Counted from the first letter of the stretch, positions 28,686 to 39,648 are shown. The stretch: DNA of 64,000 nt from Verrucomicrobiota bacterium (GCA_026397915.1 JAPLTX010000045.1:152561-216560); one strand, 5' to 3'. Made by a program: numbers and translations. Notes: generated from the letters alone by a model not told the origin.

Positions 28686-28876
28686 AGTCTCTTTTTCACC
28701 GACAGTTACTTAGCGGACTGTTTCGGATATTTAATTCGATATGTCGGACTTTGCAACGCTGCTTTTGGGAGGGGCCTGCGGATCAACAACCCCACCTCCT
28801 CACAGAATGACGTCTTGCGCGGCCCAAGACGACTCTCACTCGGCAACTCACCGCGCTATGTGCTAGAAGTAACGCA

Positions 28877-30880
28877 ATGATTGCACCTGCGAACTTTGTC
28901 CCGAACGGCGCGCTGGCCGCGAAGATGAGCGACTACTTTGGCCCCGGCGGTCTGCTGGCGACGTCCGGCGGCGCGGGACAGGCGTTCGAGTTCCGCCCGC
29001 AGCAACTCCGCATGGCCGAGGCCGTCGCCAACGCGCTCTCCAACCGCCGCCATCTCGCCGTTGAGGCCGGCACCGGCGTCGGCAAGAGCTTCGCCTACCT
29101 CGCGCCCGCCATCCTCCACGCCGTCGAGAACAAGCGCCGCGCCGTCATCTCCACCTACACGATCAATCTTCAAGAGCAGATCATGGGCAAAGACATCCCC
29201 GCGCTGGCGAAGATCCTGCCCGTTCAGTTCAGCGCCACACTCGTCAAAGGCCGCGCCAACTATCTCTGTCCCTGCCGGCTGAAGAAAGCCATGCGCTCCG
29301 CCGATGGGTTGTTCCTGTCCACCGAACAGGCAGAGTTGCACCGCATTGCCAAATGGGCCGCCACCACGCAGGACGGCAGCCGCTCCGACTTCGACCTCGA
29401 GCCGGACCCGAACGTCTGGGCGCAGGTTTGCTCGGAACGCGGCCTTTGCTCGGCGCAGAAGTGCGAGAAGGAGTGCAAGTGTTTCTATCAGGAAGCGCGC
29501 AGGCGGATGCGCACCGCCGACGTGCTCGTGGTCAACCACCACCTCTTCTTCTCGGAAATCGCGTTGCGTGCCGAGAGCGAGGAAAGCGAGGGCGTGTTGT
29601 TGCCGGAATTTGAGTTCGTCATCCTCGACGAAGCCCACACCGTCGAGTCCGTCGCCGCCGACCACATTGGGATCGGCCTCTCCGAAAGCGGCCTGCGCTG
29701 GCTGCTGCACCGCCTCTGGAACCCAAAAACGGAAAAAGGACTGCTATCTCTTTTCAAGAACGCCGGCGAAGCCGTTCGCGCAGTGGATGACGTGCTCCAT
29801 CGCAGCGACGACTTCTTCCGCAGCGTGGACGACGCTGCGCACTGGAAGCCGAACGCGAGCACTCTCCGCGTGCGCCAGCCGGACATCGTGTTGAACTCCC
29901 TCGACACGCCGCTGGCCACGTTGCGCGACCGGCTCGTGGACATCGGCAAGTCCCTCAGCGACGATAACGAAGACCGTGATGAATTGCGCGAGATGGTCCG
30001 CCGTGTCAACGACACACGGAAGCAACTCGGAGCATTTCTCGGCCAGGCGGACCCAGAGTTCGTTTACTGGGTCGAGCGAAGCGGCCGCCGCCAGCCGCAG
30101 GTGGAGCTTCGCGCCGCGCCGGTGGATGTCAGCGAGGAGTTGCGCGAACTGCTTTTCGCGTCGTTTCCATCGGTCGTCATGACCAGTGCGACGCTCGCCG
30201 TCCAAAACCGGCTCGATTACTTCCTCAAGCGCGTCGGCGCGGACGAAACGGAGGCGATCGCCGTCGGCTCGCCGTTCGACTACGAGCAGCAGATGAAGCT
30301 CTACGTCCCGAAAGAAATGCCCGACCCGAACTCACCCGATTACCGCGCAGCCGTCGGCAAGTGGGTGCGGCACTTCGTGAAGCTGACGCACGGCAAGGCG
30401 TTCGTGCTCTTCACCAGTTACAAGTTGATGCGCGACGTCGCCGAGGATTTGGAGATGTTCTTCACGTCATCGGGCTTCCAATGCCTCGTGCAAGGCAGCG
30501 GCATGCCGCGTTCGACGATGCTGAAGAAGTTCAAGGAGGATGTGGACTCGGTCCTGTTCGGCACCGACAGTTTCTGGCAAGGCGTGGACGTGCCCGGCGA
30601 GGCGCTCTCCAACGTCATCATCACCCGGCTGCCGTTCGCCGTGCCGGACCATCCACTAACCGAGGCGCGGCTCGAAGCCATCGAAGCCCGCGGTGGTAAC
30701 GCGTTCATGGAGTATTCGCTGCCGGAAGCGGTCCTGAAACTGCGTCAAGGCGTTGGCCGTCTCATTCGCAGCAAGACCGACACCGGCATCGTCGCCATCC
30801 TCGACAACCGCGTCCTCACCAAGCGATACGGCCGCGCGTTCATCGAGAGCCTGCCCCAGTGTCCGGTGGAGATTGTGTAG
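28877..30880 (+). CDS. dinG: DinG/YoaA family ATP-dependent DNA helicase
   Basis: EAGTGVGKS, KGRANYLC, Fe-S cysteines, DEAH, TSATL, QGVDVPG, QGVGRLIR. Confidence 0.92.
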   Translation: MIAPANFVPNGALAAKMSDYFGPGGLLATSGGAGQAFEFRPQQLRMAEAVANALSNRRHLAVEAGTGVGKSFAYLAPAILHAVENKRRAVISTYTINLQEQIMGKDIPALAKILPVQFSATLVKGRANYLCPCRLKKAMRSADGLFLSTEQAELHRIAKWAATTQDGSRSDFDLEPDPNVWAQVCSERGLCSAQKCEKECKCFYQEARRRMRTADVLVVNHHLFFSEIALRAESEESEGVLLPEFEFVILDEAHTVESVAADHIGIGLSESGLRWLLHRLWNPKTEKGLLSLFKNAGEAVRAVDDVLHRSDDFFRSVDDAAHWKPNASTLRVRQPDIVLNSLDTPLATLRDRLVDIGKSLSDDNEDRDELREMVRRVNDTRKQLGAFLGQADPEFVYWVERSGRRQPQVELRAAPVDVSEELRELLFASFPSVVMTSATLAVQNRLDYFLKRVGADETEAIAVGSPFDYEQQMKLYVPKEMPDPNSPDYRAAVGKWVRHFVKLTHGKAFVLFTSYKLMRDVAEDLEMFFTSSGFQCLVQGSGMPRSTMLKKFKEDVDSVLFGTDSFWQGVDVPGEALSNVIITRLPFAVPDHPLTEARLEAIEARGGNAFMEYSLPEAVLKLRQGVGRLIRSKTDTGIVAILDNRVLTKRYGRAFIESLPQCPVEIV

Positions 30881-30897
30881 CGCCAGCGCGACGGCGC

Positions 30898-33000
30898 TTA
30901 CTTCACCACTGCCTTTGCCGCGCCAACGTTGCCGACTTCATCCCGAGCGCGCAGCAATACGGATTTCGCGCCGGGCAAACGGACAGTGAATTCCTGTTCC
31001 CGCGCTCCGGTCTCAGCGGCGGGCGGCAAGGCAGGGAACCAGTCGCGACCATCGGCAGAGACTTCCACCAAGGTAATTGGAGTAAGGGCGTCGGCGACAG
31101 TAAACTTCACCGTCAACACGCCCCCAGCCACCCGCGCGCTGCGCACGGTGATCGCAGGTGGCGTGTTGTCCACGGCGAACGCGGCGCCCTCAATGCTTGC
31201 GGTCAACCCTTTGCCTGCTGGGTTTCCCGGCGCGTCGGTGGCGACGACCTTCATGCGATAGTAACCGTCGGGGAATGAGCGCGTGTCAAACGTGAAAAAC
31301 AAGTCGCTCGTTTTGTCCGCCAGCAGTTTCCACGCGGGATCACCCTCGGCGCGGAGGTAAACATCGAAGGTCATCGGGTCGAGGTTGTAATCAGCAACGG
31401 TCCACGCTGCGGTGCGCAGTCCCGGTTGGTTCACGACTTGGACACGCTGTTTGCGCGCCGAGTCCATCGGATCACGCCGCGCGCTCGAAGAGACCATCAT
31501 GTCGAGCGTGCCCATCACCGGAGGGTCCGGCTGCGACACCTTCTGCAAACCGGAGCCAGCGTCGTGGATCGTCAGCTTGCCGAAGACCGGCCGCACGTTG
31601 CGCGCCGTGTAGAAAACCGTTACGCGATCCAACACCGCCGCGCGCGCCGCATCCTGGCCTGCGAGCTTCACTCGCAGTTGCAAGTAACGCGCCGCCGGAC
31701 TCTTCAACGCGAAGTTGTCACCTCGCCGCGTCGCGTCGCTCCAGTCGCTCCATGTTTTCTCCGGCTTCTCCGTGTTGCCGCTGCGGCTGCCGACGGACAT
31801 GCGCGCGCCGGCGGGAATATCGCCCGCTACGGACACAAGCCCCCACGTCGAGAGCATTCTGGCGTCGAGCGCCTCGCTTTCCCACGTTCCTTCGGTGGCG
31901 CGATTCGGCGCGATGCTCCAGACTGCGCCGAGGTTGCTGGTCACCGCCACCCAACTCCCCTGCCCCGTCGCCAGCAGCGATGTCACCTGCTGGCCTTCGA
32001 GTTTGGCGAGCGTTGCGATCTCATGACGGCTGCGAACGCCATAGATAACGCCCTTCTCGCCAGTGCCAACCAACGCCGCGCCATCCGCCGCGACCGCCAG
32101 CGAGAACGCGGTTGCGTCCCTGCCCGCCCACAGCAACTCCGTGAAGCCGTCGGGATGCACTCGATACAACTCGCTCTTGCGCGTGACTTTCTTTTCCTCC
32201 GGTTTCGCCGCGGCAGCACCCGGCGATGTTACGACCGCAGCCACCGCCTCAGTTTCGCCAAGCGCCAAAGCATACACGCAACCCTTCGCGTCGGTCGCGA
32301 CAGCCTTCATCTCCTTCAACGACGAGGCGAAAACAACAAAGCCTTTGTCCGGTCCGTCGAAACGATAGAGGTAAGCGCCGGGATGCGACCCCGCGAGCAA
32401 TCGGCCGTTCTTGTCGAAGCCGAGCGAGACGACGTTCGTTTCGTCGCTCGCGAAATACTTCTCCGCGACGCCGGCGGGCGTGACCTTGTAGATCGCCGCC
32501 TTGCTGCCGCACGCGACGAACAGATTTCCCGCGCCGTCGAACGCCAGCGCCCAGATATACTTGTCCGGCGGATCGTAAAATACCGATGATTTGCCGTCAG
32601 GCGCGATGCGATAGACCTTCCCGTCCGGCGAACTGGCCGCATAGACGTTGTCCTTCGCGTCCACAGCAAGCGCGTGAATCTCCAGTTCCTTCGCAGTAAA
32701 GAACGCCACCGCCTTGCCATCACTCCCAACGCGCAGCACCTTGCCCTCTCCGCCACCAAGATAGACGTTGCCCTTCGAGTCGCGCACCGCCGCCCAGACG
32801 ATCGGCAGCGGCACGTCGCAGGTTTTCTTCACCGCCGGCGCGAGGCGAAGCTGGCCTTTCTCAGTGATCGAGATGCCCCGTGCGTCGCCTTTCGCGAAAT
32901 CTTCATAGGTGTCCTTGGTAAACCTCTGCATTTCCACTGCCAGCGCAACGCTGACGACCATGACCGGAAGGCATGTGATGACAAACAATTTCATGGGCAT
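30898..33000 (-). CDS. Secreted beta-propeller protein with C-terminal FN3/Ig-like domains
   Basis: Signal peptide; repeated (I/V)xALAxDxxGNxY blades; RSGNT..P...WSDW, RYLQLR, PDGYY. Confidence 0.78.
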   Translation of the reverse strand: MPMKLFVITCLPVMVVSVALAVEMQRFTKDTYEDFAKGDARGISITEKGQLRLAPAVKKTCDVPLPIVWAAVRDSKGNVYLGGGEGKVLRVGSDGKAVAFFTAKELEIHALAVDAKDNVYAASSPDGKVYRIAPDGKSSVFYDPPDKYIWALAFDGAGNLFVACGSKAAIYKVTPAGVAEKYFASDETNVVSLGFDKNGRLLAGSHPGAYLYRFDGPDKGFVVFASSLKEMKAVATDAKGCVYALALGETEAVAAVVTSPGAAAAKPEEKKVTRKSELYRVHPDGFTELLWAGRDATAFSLAVAADGAALVGTGEKGVIYGVRSRHEIATLAKLEGQQVTSLLATGQGSWVAVTSNLGAVWSIAPNRATEGTWESEALDARMLSTWGLVSVAGDIPAGARMSVGSRSGNTEKPEKTWSDWSDATRRGDNFALKSPAARYLQLRVKLAGQDAARAAVLDRVTVFYTARNVRPVFGKLTIHDAGSGLQKVSQPDPPVMGTLDMMVSSSARRDPMDSARKQRVQVVNQPGLRTAAWTVADYNLDPMTFDVYLRAEGDPAWKLLADKTSDLFFTFDTRSFPDGYYRMKVVATDAPGNPAGKGLTASIEGAAFAVDNTPPAITVRSARVAGGVLTVKFTVADALTPITLVEVSADGRDWFPALPPAAETGAREQEFTVRLPGAKSVLLRARDEVGNVGAAKAVVK

Positions 33001-33006
33001 CTCGGT

Positions 33007-34803
33007 TTACTCTACTTTCACCTTCAACACCTGGCTGCCGCGAACCACCGCGTTTTGCGGCAGGCGCTTCTCGACAACATCCACGCGCTCGATCCGCGCA
33101 GCCTCCAGCATCGTGCGATTTGAATCGTATAGCTGCATCGCCGACGGCGGCAGCGCGGGCATCCGCTGGTCCGCCACTACTATGCCGTCGGCCTTGCGTG
33201 TCACGCGCAGGTAGAGCGCGTTTTGCGGTCGCCGCTGGTTTAGCACACTTACGAGCTGGCCGAGGTTTTGCGGACGCTCCACGCGGACTCGGCCGCTCTT
33301 TCCGTCAAGGGCGTCAGCTGCGGTCGCGTCTCCAACAAAGATATCGAGTTCACCAGAGCGGACGTTCTCCGGGACAACAAACTCCAACGTCGCCACACGC
33401 CGCTCGCCACGCCACGGCTTCAACACGGCGCGCACTGTAACAGTTTCACCCGGCTTCGCCTTGTCGCGGTCCACAACCACCTCGCCAAGCAGCACCGTCT
33501 GCCGCTCGTCGTTGAGATTCAATTCCAGCGCAATACGCTCGATCTGCGGCAACTCGAACCGGTTGTCAAACAGTTCGCCCAACACGCTGGCAACCTCTCT
33601 CATCGGACCCAGGTGGTCGGACGACTCGCTGCCGGAATAGAAATTCTCCACGTGAATCTTGCCGTGATTCTTCAATTCGATGTCGCCCCGCAGCGCCAGC
33701 GCGAACTCACGAGAGTAATCCAGCGTGTCCGTCAAGGCCTGACCTACGCACGAGGCCGCGATCGCCGGCGTCACGGATTCGTGCTGGTAGAGCCGGCTAT
33801 GAAAGCTGCGTTCGCCGCGCGGAGTCCTAAGGCGGATGTTCAGCTCACACATCGGCGGCACGGGACCGATCTCGCCCGCGATGGCCGTGAGGCGATCCTG
33901 ATAAATCGTGCCGACGACCTGACGCGTATTGGAAAGTTTGTGCGGCATCAAGTAGCTGCTGATGGTGGCGACGATCTCCGCGCGCGCCATTGGAACCGCC
34001 ACCTTGCCGCTTCCAAACATCGGATGGCCGAAAGCCAGCACCCGGTTACCGCGACGCCATGTGAGCGTGCCGGTGCCCGCCATGTGCACGTCGCCTGTCG
34101 CGAGCACCGCCGCCACCGGCGTGCCCGGCTCGAACGGCGTCTTCAGCAGCTTGCTCTCCTGGCCGCCGCCACCCATCGTTGGCAACAGCCGCCCGTCGAA
34201 ACCGTGCGCCGCAAATTCCGACCGCAACCACTCAAACATCCTCGGGCCGAGTCCGCCGATCGTCACCGGCCCCGTCAGCGGCCGGAAACCGCCCGAATCG
34301 CCCGGCAGAAGTGGAATCCCCGTGTTACCGCCACTCGCAAAATGCTGTCCACCAAGGCTCGACTCCAGCCGACCAGCCTTCCTTGAAGTCTCGCCACCCG
34401 GCTCGCCGGCCTCGATCATGTCCGCAATGGGCGTGAAACCGCACCAGCCTTCCTTTTCAAACTGCGTGAGACGGTAACTAAGCGCGCCGGCGACTTTATC
34501 TTCGATGTAAAGCGGGCTGCCGCTCATGCCGTGGACGGCACCGGTGAGCTTCGTCCGCTCATCCACGAGCTTGCCGATGATCAGATCTTTCTTCGGTCCG
34601 ATAAAATCGTGCAGCACGCCGTAAATCTCCACGTCGAGAGGAACGACCTCCGTGCCCAGCATCACCGTGTAGGCTTTGCCGCGCATGCCGGGTTGAACGC
34701 GGCTCAGCGGAAAGACCTCACCCTGCGGCGGCACCTGCCCTGCCACATCCAACGCCGCACCGAGCAGTGCGACGAGAGCAACGATGGCAGTTCCAAAACT
34801 CAT
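33007..34803 (-). CDS. SpoIVB peptidase S55 domain protein
   Basis: GMSGSP, TPI..M, GT.T...LAFGHP, QDR..AIAG; signal peptide. Confidence 0.85.
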   Translation of the reverse strand: MSFGTAIVALVALLGAALDVAGQVPPQGEVFPLSRVQPGMRGKAYTVMLGTEVVPLDVEIYGVLHDFIGPKKDLIIGKLVDERTKLTGAVHGMSGSPLYIEDKVAGALSYRLTQFEKEGWCGFTPIADMIEAGEPGGETSRKAGRLESSLGGQHFASGGNTGIPLLPGDSGGFRPLTGPVTIGGLGPRMFEWLRSEFAAHGFDGRLLPTMGGGGQESKLLKTPFEPGTPVAAVLATGDVHMAGTGTLTWRRGNRVLAFGHPMFGSGKVAVPMARAEIVATISSYLMPHKLSNTRQVVGTIYQDRLTAIAGEIGPVPPMCELNIRLRTPRGERSFHSRLYQHESVTPAIAASCVGQALTDTLDYSREFALALRGDIELKNHGKIHVENFYSGSESSDHLGPMREVASVLGELFDNRFELPQIERIALELNLNDERQTVLLGEVVVDRDKAKPGETVTVRAVLKPWRGERRVATLEFVVPENVRSGELDIFVGDATAADALDGKSGRVRVERPQNLGQLVSVLNQRRPQNALYLRVTRKADGIVVADQRMPALPPSAMQLYDSNRTMLEAARIERVDVVEKRLPQNAVVRGSQVLKVKVE

Positions 34804-36086
34804 ACCATCCGGAAAGCTTCCTTGGCTGTGCGAATCGTCTGCTCGATGTCGGCGGCTGTGTGCGCTGTTGAGACGAAACCGACCTCGAACTGCGACGGCG
34901 CAAGATAAACGCCGCGCTCCAGCATCGCGTGGAAGAACTTCGCGTATCGCTTCGTGTCGCTGCGCTTCGCGGAGGCATAGTCGGTTACCGGCTCTTCACA
35001 AAAGAAGTTGCAGAAAATCGAGCCGATGCGGTTCTGCGCGATCCCAACGCCAACTTCCTTGGCCGCAGCCGCGACGCCAACCGCCAACTCGGCCGTGATG
35101 GTATTGAGCTTCTTGTAGAGGTCCGCATCCCCGAACAACGCCTCCAGCGTCGCCACGCCGGCGGCCATCGCCAATGGATTCCCGCTGAGCGTGCCGGCTT
35201 GATAAACCGGCCCCAGCGGCGCGAGCTGGTCCATGATGTGCGCATGACCGCCGAACGCGCCGACCGGCAGGCCGCCGCCGATGATCTTGCCGAGACACGT
35301 CAGGTCGGGTCGCACGCCGCAGAGTTCCTGCACGCCGCCCTTGGCGACGCGGAAACCGCTGATGACTTCGTCGAAGATGAGCACGATGTTGTGCGCCGCA
35401 GTGATCTTCCGGAGAAATTCCAGAAAGCCCGGCTTCGGCAGGTATAGACCCGCATTGGCTGGGATTGGTTCAACAATAACGGCGGCGATTTCGTTCCTGT
35501 GAACCGCAATCATGGATTCCACTGCCACGCGGTCGTTGAAAGGCACGGTCAGCGTCAGCTTCGCAAGGTCCGCTGGCACACCGGCGCTGTCAGGCTGCCC
35601 AAGTGTGAGCGCACCGCTGCCGGCCTTCACCAGCATCGAGTCGCCGTGGCCGTGATAGCAGCCCTCGAACTTCAGGATCATGTCGCGGCCCGTAAACCCA
35701 CGCGCCAGACGTATCGCGCTCATCACCGCTTCCGTGCCACTGCTGACGAATCGCACTTTCTGGATGGAGGGAAACGCCTCGCGCACGAGTTTCGCCAGCC
35801 GGATCTCGTGCGGATTGGGAATGCCGAAGCTCATGCCGTCGCGCGCCGTTTCCGTCACCGCCTTCACCACCGACGCCGGCGCGTGGCCTAGGATGAGCGG
35901 TCCCCACGAGCCGACGTAGTCTATGTATTCGTTCTCGTCCACGTCCCAGATGCGAGAGCCTTTGCCGCGCAGGACAAAAAACGGCTCGCCACCGACACCG
36001 CGAAACGCCCGCACCGGCGAGTTCACTCCGCCCGGAATCAGCTTCTGAGCCTCGGCAAAAAGTTTCTGTGAGAGATCGTGTTTCAT
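34800..36086 (-). CDS. hemL: Glutamate-1-semialdehyde 2,1-aminomutase
   Basis: [53 protein letters not shown]. Confidence 0.96.
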   Translation of the reverse strand: MKHDLSQKLFAEAQKLIPGGVNSPVRAFRGVGGEPFFVLRGKGSRIWDVDENEYIDYVGSWGPLILGHAPASVVKAVTETARDGMSFGIPNPHEIRLAKLVREAFPSIQKVRFVSSGTEAVMSAIRLARGFTGRDMILKFEGCYHGHGDSMLVKAGSGALTLGQPDSAGVPADLAKLTLTVPFNDRVAVESMIAVHRNEIAAVIVEPIPANAGLYLPKPGFLEFLRKITAAHNIVLIFDEVISGFRVAKGGVQELCGVRPDLTCLGKIIGGGLPVGAFGGHAHIMDQLAPLGPVYQAGTLSGNPLAMAAGVATLEALFGDADLYKKLNTITAELAVGVAAAAKEVGVGIAQNRIGSIFCNFFCEEPVTDYASAKRSDTKRYAKFFHAMLERGVYLAPSQFEVGFVSTAHTAADIEQTIRTAKEAFRMV

Positions 36087-37747
36087 CGCGTTTGCTCAAC
36101 GTAACGCTGCGCGATCGGCATCCGGCGGCCAATGCCAAAGGCTTTGCCGCTGACCTTCAGGCCGGGCGGCGCTTGTTTCCGTTTGTATTCGTTCACGTCT
36201 ATCCGCCGGGCCACATCGCGGACGATGCGCTCGTTCTCGCCGCTGGCAACGATGTCCGCAACCGAGCGATGTTCCTCGACGTAAGCTTTCAAAACCCGGT
36301 CCAGATCTTCGTAAGGTGGCAGGCTGTCCTGGTCGGTCTGGTTCGGGCGCAGCTCCGCGCTCGGCGGCTTCGTGATGCTGCCAGACGGGATGATCTCGTG
36401 GTCGCGGTTGATCCAACGCGCAAGCCGGTAGATCAACATCTTCGGCACGTCACTGATGACCGCGAGACCGCCGCACATGTCGCCGTAGAGCGTGCAGTAG
36501 CCGGTTGCCATCTCACTCTTGTTGCCGGTCGTGATGAGCATGTTGCCAAACTTGTTCGATAGCGCCATCAGGATGACGCCGCGGACGCGCGCCTGGATGT
36601 TCTCCTCCGCCGCGTCCGGCTTCGTCCCAGCGAAAACGTGACCCATCATTTCCAGGAATGCCTTGTGCGCCGGCTCGATGGGAATCGTCATGTAGCGGAT
36701 GCCGAGGTTATGTGCCAGCAGTTCGGCATCGCTCTTGCTGTGGTCGCTGGAAAACCGCGACGGCATCGAGACGCCAACGACGTTTCGCGGCCCGACCGCC
36801 GCCGCCGCGAGCGCGCCAACGACCGCCGAGTCAATCCCACCGCTGAGGCCAAGCACCAAGCCCTTGAAACCGCATTTGCCGGTGTAGTCGCGCAGACCGA
36901 GGACCAGCGCGTGATAGAGCGATTCCTCCTCGCACGGCGCATGAAAATGGACAGGCTGGCCCGCGTTCGTGTCCACAATGACGAGGTCTTCTTCAAACGC
37001 GCGGCTCTGGGCGAGCAACTGCCCCTGCGCGTCGAGCGCCATCGAGTTGCCGTCGAAGATCAACTCGTCGTTGCCGCCGACCTGGTTCACATACACCAAC
37101 GGCCGCTGGTAATGTCCCACCGCCGCCGTCATCAGATCGTGTCGCAGCCGTTCCTTGCCGAGCACGAACGGCGACGCCGAGATGTTCACGATGATCTCCG
37201 CGCCCGCCTCGCACAATTCCCCCACCGGATCGCGCTGATAGAGCGGCTGCCCGCTGCGCTCCTGCTTGCCGCGCCAGAACGCCTCCTGGTTCCAGATGTC
37301 CTCGCAGATCGTCACCGCCAGCCGCGTCGCGCCACACTGCACCGGCTCCACGCTCGCCGCCGGCTCGAAGTAGCGGTCCTCATCGAACACATCATAAGTC
37401 GGCAGCAACGTCTTCCAGATGCGCTGCCGCACCTGTCCGCCCTCGATGAATGCCGCCGCGTTGCGGAACGGCCGGCCGGCTTTCTCCTCGTTGAAATCCA
37501 CGTAACCGACAACTGCCGGTGCCGCGCTCATTCCCCGCGCGATATTCTCCAGCGTCGCCTTCGTGTCCGAAACGAAACTTTGTTTCAGCAGCAAATCCCG
37601 CGGTGGATACCCACAAACTGCCAGTTCGCTGAACACGACCAGCTCCGCGCCGCGCCCGCAAGCGTGGCGGTAGGCGTCGAGAATCTTCACAGCATTCCCG
37701 TCAAGGTCGCCGACGGTGTAGTCGAGTTGGGCCAGCGCTATTTTCAT
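36083..37747 (-). CDS. nadE: Glutamine-dependent NAD+ synthetase
   Basis: Nitrilase domain (E, K, ICEDIW) plus GLSGGIDS, ENIQAR, TGNKSE, PPSAELRPNQ; promoter TTGCAT-17-TAAAGT. Confidence 0.96.
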   Translation of the reverse strand: MKIALAQLDYTVGDLDGNAVKILDAYRHACGRGAELVVFSELAVCGYPPRDLLLKQSFVSDTKATLENIARGMSAAPAVVGYVDFNEEKAGRPFRNAAAFIEGGQVRQRIWKTLLPTYDVFDEDRYFEPAASVEPVQCGATRLAVTICEDIWNQEAFWRGKQERSGQPLYQRDPVGELCEAGAEIIVNISASPFVLGKERLRHDLMTAAVGHYQRPLVYVNQVGGNDELIFDGNSMALDAQGQLLAQSRAFEEDLVIVDTNAGQPVHFHAPCEEESLYHALVLGLRDYTGKCGFKGLVLGLSGGIDSAVVGALAAAAVGPRNVVGVSMPSRFSSDHSKSDAELLAHNLGIRYMTIPIEPAHKAFLEMMGHVFAGTKPDAAEENIQARVRGVILMALSNKFGNMLITTGNKSEMATGYCTLYGDMCGGLAVISDVPKMLIYRLARWINRDHEIIPSGSITKPPSAELRPNQTDQDSLPPYEDLDRVLKAYVEEHRSVADIVASGENERIVRDVARRIDVNEYKRKQAPPGLKVSGKAFGIGRRMPIAQRYVEQTR

Positions 37748-37842
37748 CAACAGGTCGGCACTTTATCGTGCCTGCATCAACAATGCAATCGCCTGCAACA
37801 CAAGGCCGGAGCGGAATCAGGCTGCACACGACTGCAAGGAAT

Positions 37843-37865
37843 GACAGGCGGGACGCCCGTCCTAC
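37843..37865 (-). repeat. GTAG REP overlapping a stop codon
   Basis: Minus strand reads GTAG GACGGGCG TCC CGCCTGTC. Confidence 0.7.
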
Positions 37866-39478
37866 AGTGCGAGGTCCAGAAACGCCAGTTTCAACGCTTT
37901 GCCTTGCGCCATCGTGATCTCGATCCGGTTCAGGCCGTCCTTCAACACGCCCGCCGGCACGCTCCACGCCCGCAGTTCCTCCGGTCTGCCCAGCATCGGC
38001 GGATACGGGTTTGGATACGGCTCCGATAGGTCGTCGGTCGCCGCGAACTCCTGGCCGTTGAGCCGCGCGGTCCAGCGACTCTCGCCGAGCGAGTCCTCAC
38101 CCTGGATGCGCAACCGTCCGTCGCGTTTCCAACCGCCCGTCGGCGGCGCAAGATCAAGCGTGAACGTCTCGGTCTGGCCCGCCGCCATCTTTCGCGGCAG
38201 CAGAGGCGGTTTCGCGAACGGGTTGCCCCACCCCGACGCGAGGAAGTAATGCTGCGGTTGTCGCGCAAGCCACTTGCGGTCGCCGAGATGCTTGAAGACG
38301 TGGAACGGCGGCTCCGTGAACGGCCCGCGTCCTGGCCCGCCGTGTTCGCGGTAATAAACGAAGTTGAACGCGCTCACGCCGTCGCCGCCGCGCGCGTAGG
38401 CCAGATGGGCCGCGGTGTAGAACTGTTCTGGTGTCGCGCGGCGGAATGGGAACGTGTCGTAACCCTTTCCCACTGGTTTGCGGCCGTTCCAAGTCGAGTG
38501 GCACATCTCCAGATAGACCGCTGCTTGTGGCACGCTGCGTCGGATGGCGGCCAGATCGGTCTGCTGCACGGTGAAGTAACTTGCCGAGAGGTTGACCATG
38601 TCCAACCCCGCCTCCACCATCGCCGGCAGGTCCAGCCCCAGCGGGTCATGAGCCGACGTGTAGGCCGGCACACGCGCGCAGAGCCAGCGCCGCTTGCCGT
38701 CGCGCGCCGTGCGGTCGAGCAACTCGCGCACCTGACGGACGAACGCAGTCATGATGCCGCACCGCTGCTCGCTTGTCGTCTTGTCGAGTTGGAAGTAACT
38801 GTAGTGCCGCATGAAATCCATCTCGAAACCGTCGAGATCGTAGTTCTCGCAAAGCTCCCGGATGAACGCGAACTTGTGTGCCCGCACCTCCGGTATGGCC
38901 CAGTTGAGCACGTGCTGCTCCCACTTCGCTGGATCCGGCCCCAGCCGGTATTCCGGGTGCTCGACGTAGAACTTGCTGGCCCAGACGGCCCGGCGGTCTT
39001 TCGCATTGGCATTTTCCAAATGATGGCCGTCGTTCATCCGCAGCGAGATGAATGGGGCCTGCCCGCGCTTCCGGCAACGCTCCACAAACACCTTCACCAT
39101 GTCGCCGCCCGCGAGCATGTATTTGCCAAAACTGTCCGCATCGAACCCGGTGCGTTCCTTGAACCAACGGTAATGCTCCTCGGCTGGATAAACCTTGCTC
39201 TGCCACCACGGTATCCAGCCCACGCCCGGCTGAAGCAAATGTGCGTCCACGCCCGTGCCTGCCACTTCGTCCACCGTTGCCTCCAACATCTCCTTACGGA
39301 ACGGCTCGCCCTTCTTGTGCCACGGGCTGGCGCATGAAACGATGTTCGTCGTGTCGTTGCTGTAGAGGACGTGGAACGGCGCTTTGCGTCGCGCTACAGC
39401 GGCGGAGATTCCCCTCGGCCAGCCAGATGCCAGCGCCGCGGCCGTCGTCGTCTGAAGAAACTGTCGGCGATTCATCAT
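37862..39478 (-). CDS. Tat-exported GHL10-like TIM-barrel putative glycoside hydrolase
   Basis: NRRQFL Tat signal; YSND, SLRMNDGH, YDLDGFEMDFMR, GVSAFN. Confidence 0.72.
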   Translation of the reverse strand: MMNRRQFLQTTTAAALASGWPRGISAAVARRKAPFHVLYSNDTTNIVSCASPWHKKGEPFRKEMLEATVDEVAGTGVDAHLLQPGVGWIPWWQSKVYPAEEHYRWFKERTGFDADSFGKYMLAGGDMVKVFVERCRKRGQAPFISLRMNDGHHLENANAKDRRAVWASKFYVEHPEYRLGPDPAKWEQHVLNWAIPEVRAHKFAFIRELCENYDLDGFEMDFMRHYSYFQLDKTTSEQRCGIMTAFVRQVRELLDRTARDGKRRWLCARVPAYTSAHDPLGLDLPAMVEAGLDMVNLSASYFTVQQTDLAAIRRSVPQAAVYLEMCHSTWNGRKPVGKGYDTFPFRRATPEQFYTAAHLAYARGGDGVSAFNFVYYREHGGPGRGPFTEPPFHVFKHLGDRKWLARQPQHYFLASGWGNPFAKPPLLPRKMAAGQTETFTLDLAPPTGGWKRDGRLRIQGEDSLGESRWTARLNGQEFAATDDLSEPYPNPYPPMLGRPEELRAWSVPAGVLKDGLNRIEITMAQGKALKLAFLDLAL

Positions 39479-39531
39479 CCCTCACTTGTAATCATCCCCC
39501 GCCCAAAATGCACCCAGAAGTTGCTTCCCAC

Positions 39532-39596
39532 GTAGGACAGACACTCCTGTCTGTCCTTCTATGGATTCACTGGCCAGACAAGAGTGTCTGCCCTAC
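39532..39596. repeat. GTAG REP doublet
   Basis: GTAGGACAGACACTCCTGTCTGTCC ... GGCCAGACAAGAGTGTCTGCCCTAC. Confidence 0.78.
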
Positions 39597-39648
39597 ATAA
39601 CTTCCCCTTTACCGCCCTTTCGCGTGTTTCGCGGACCAACTCAACTCC

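Noticed and set aside
28705-28750. dif/Xer site
   Set aside because: No TTATGTTAA-like XerD arm and no 11-6-11 inverted arrangement.
27407-30880. HNH plus DinG as a defence or type IV CRISPR module
   Set aside because: Divergent, separated genes that look like ordinary standalone families; no cas genes, methylase or array nearby.
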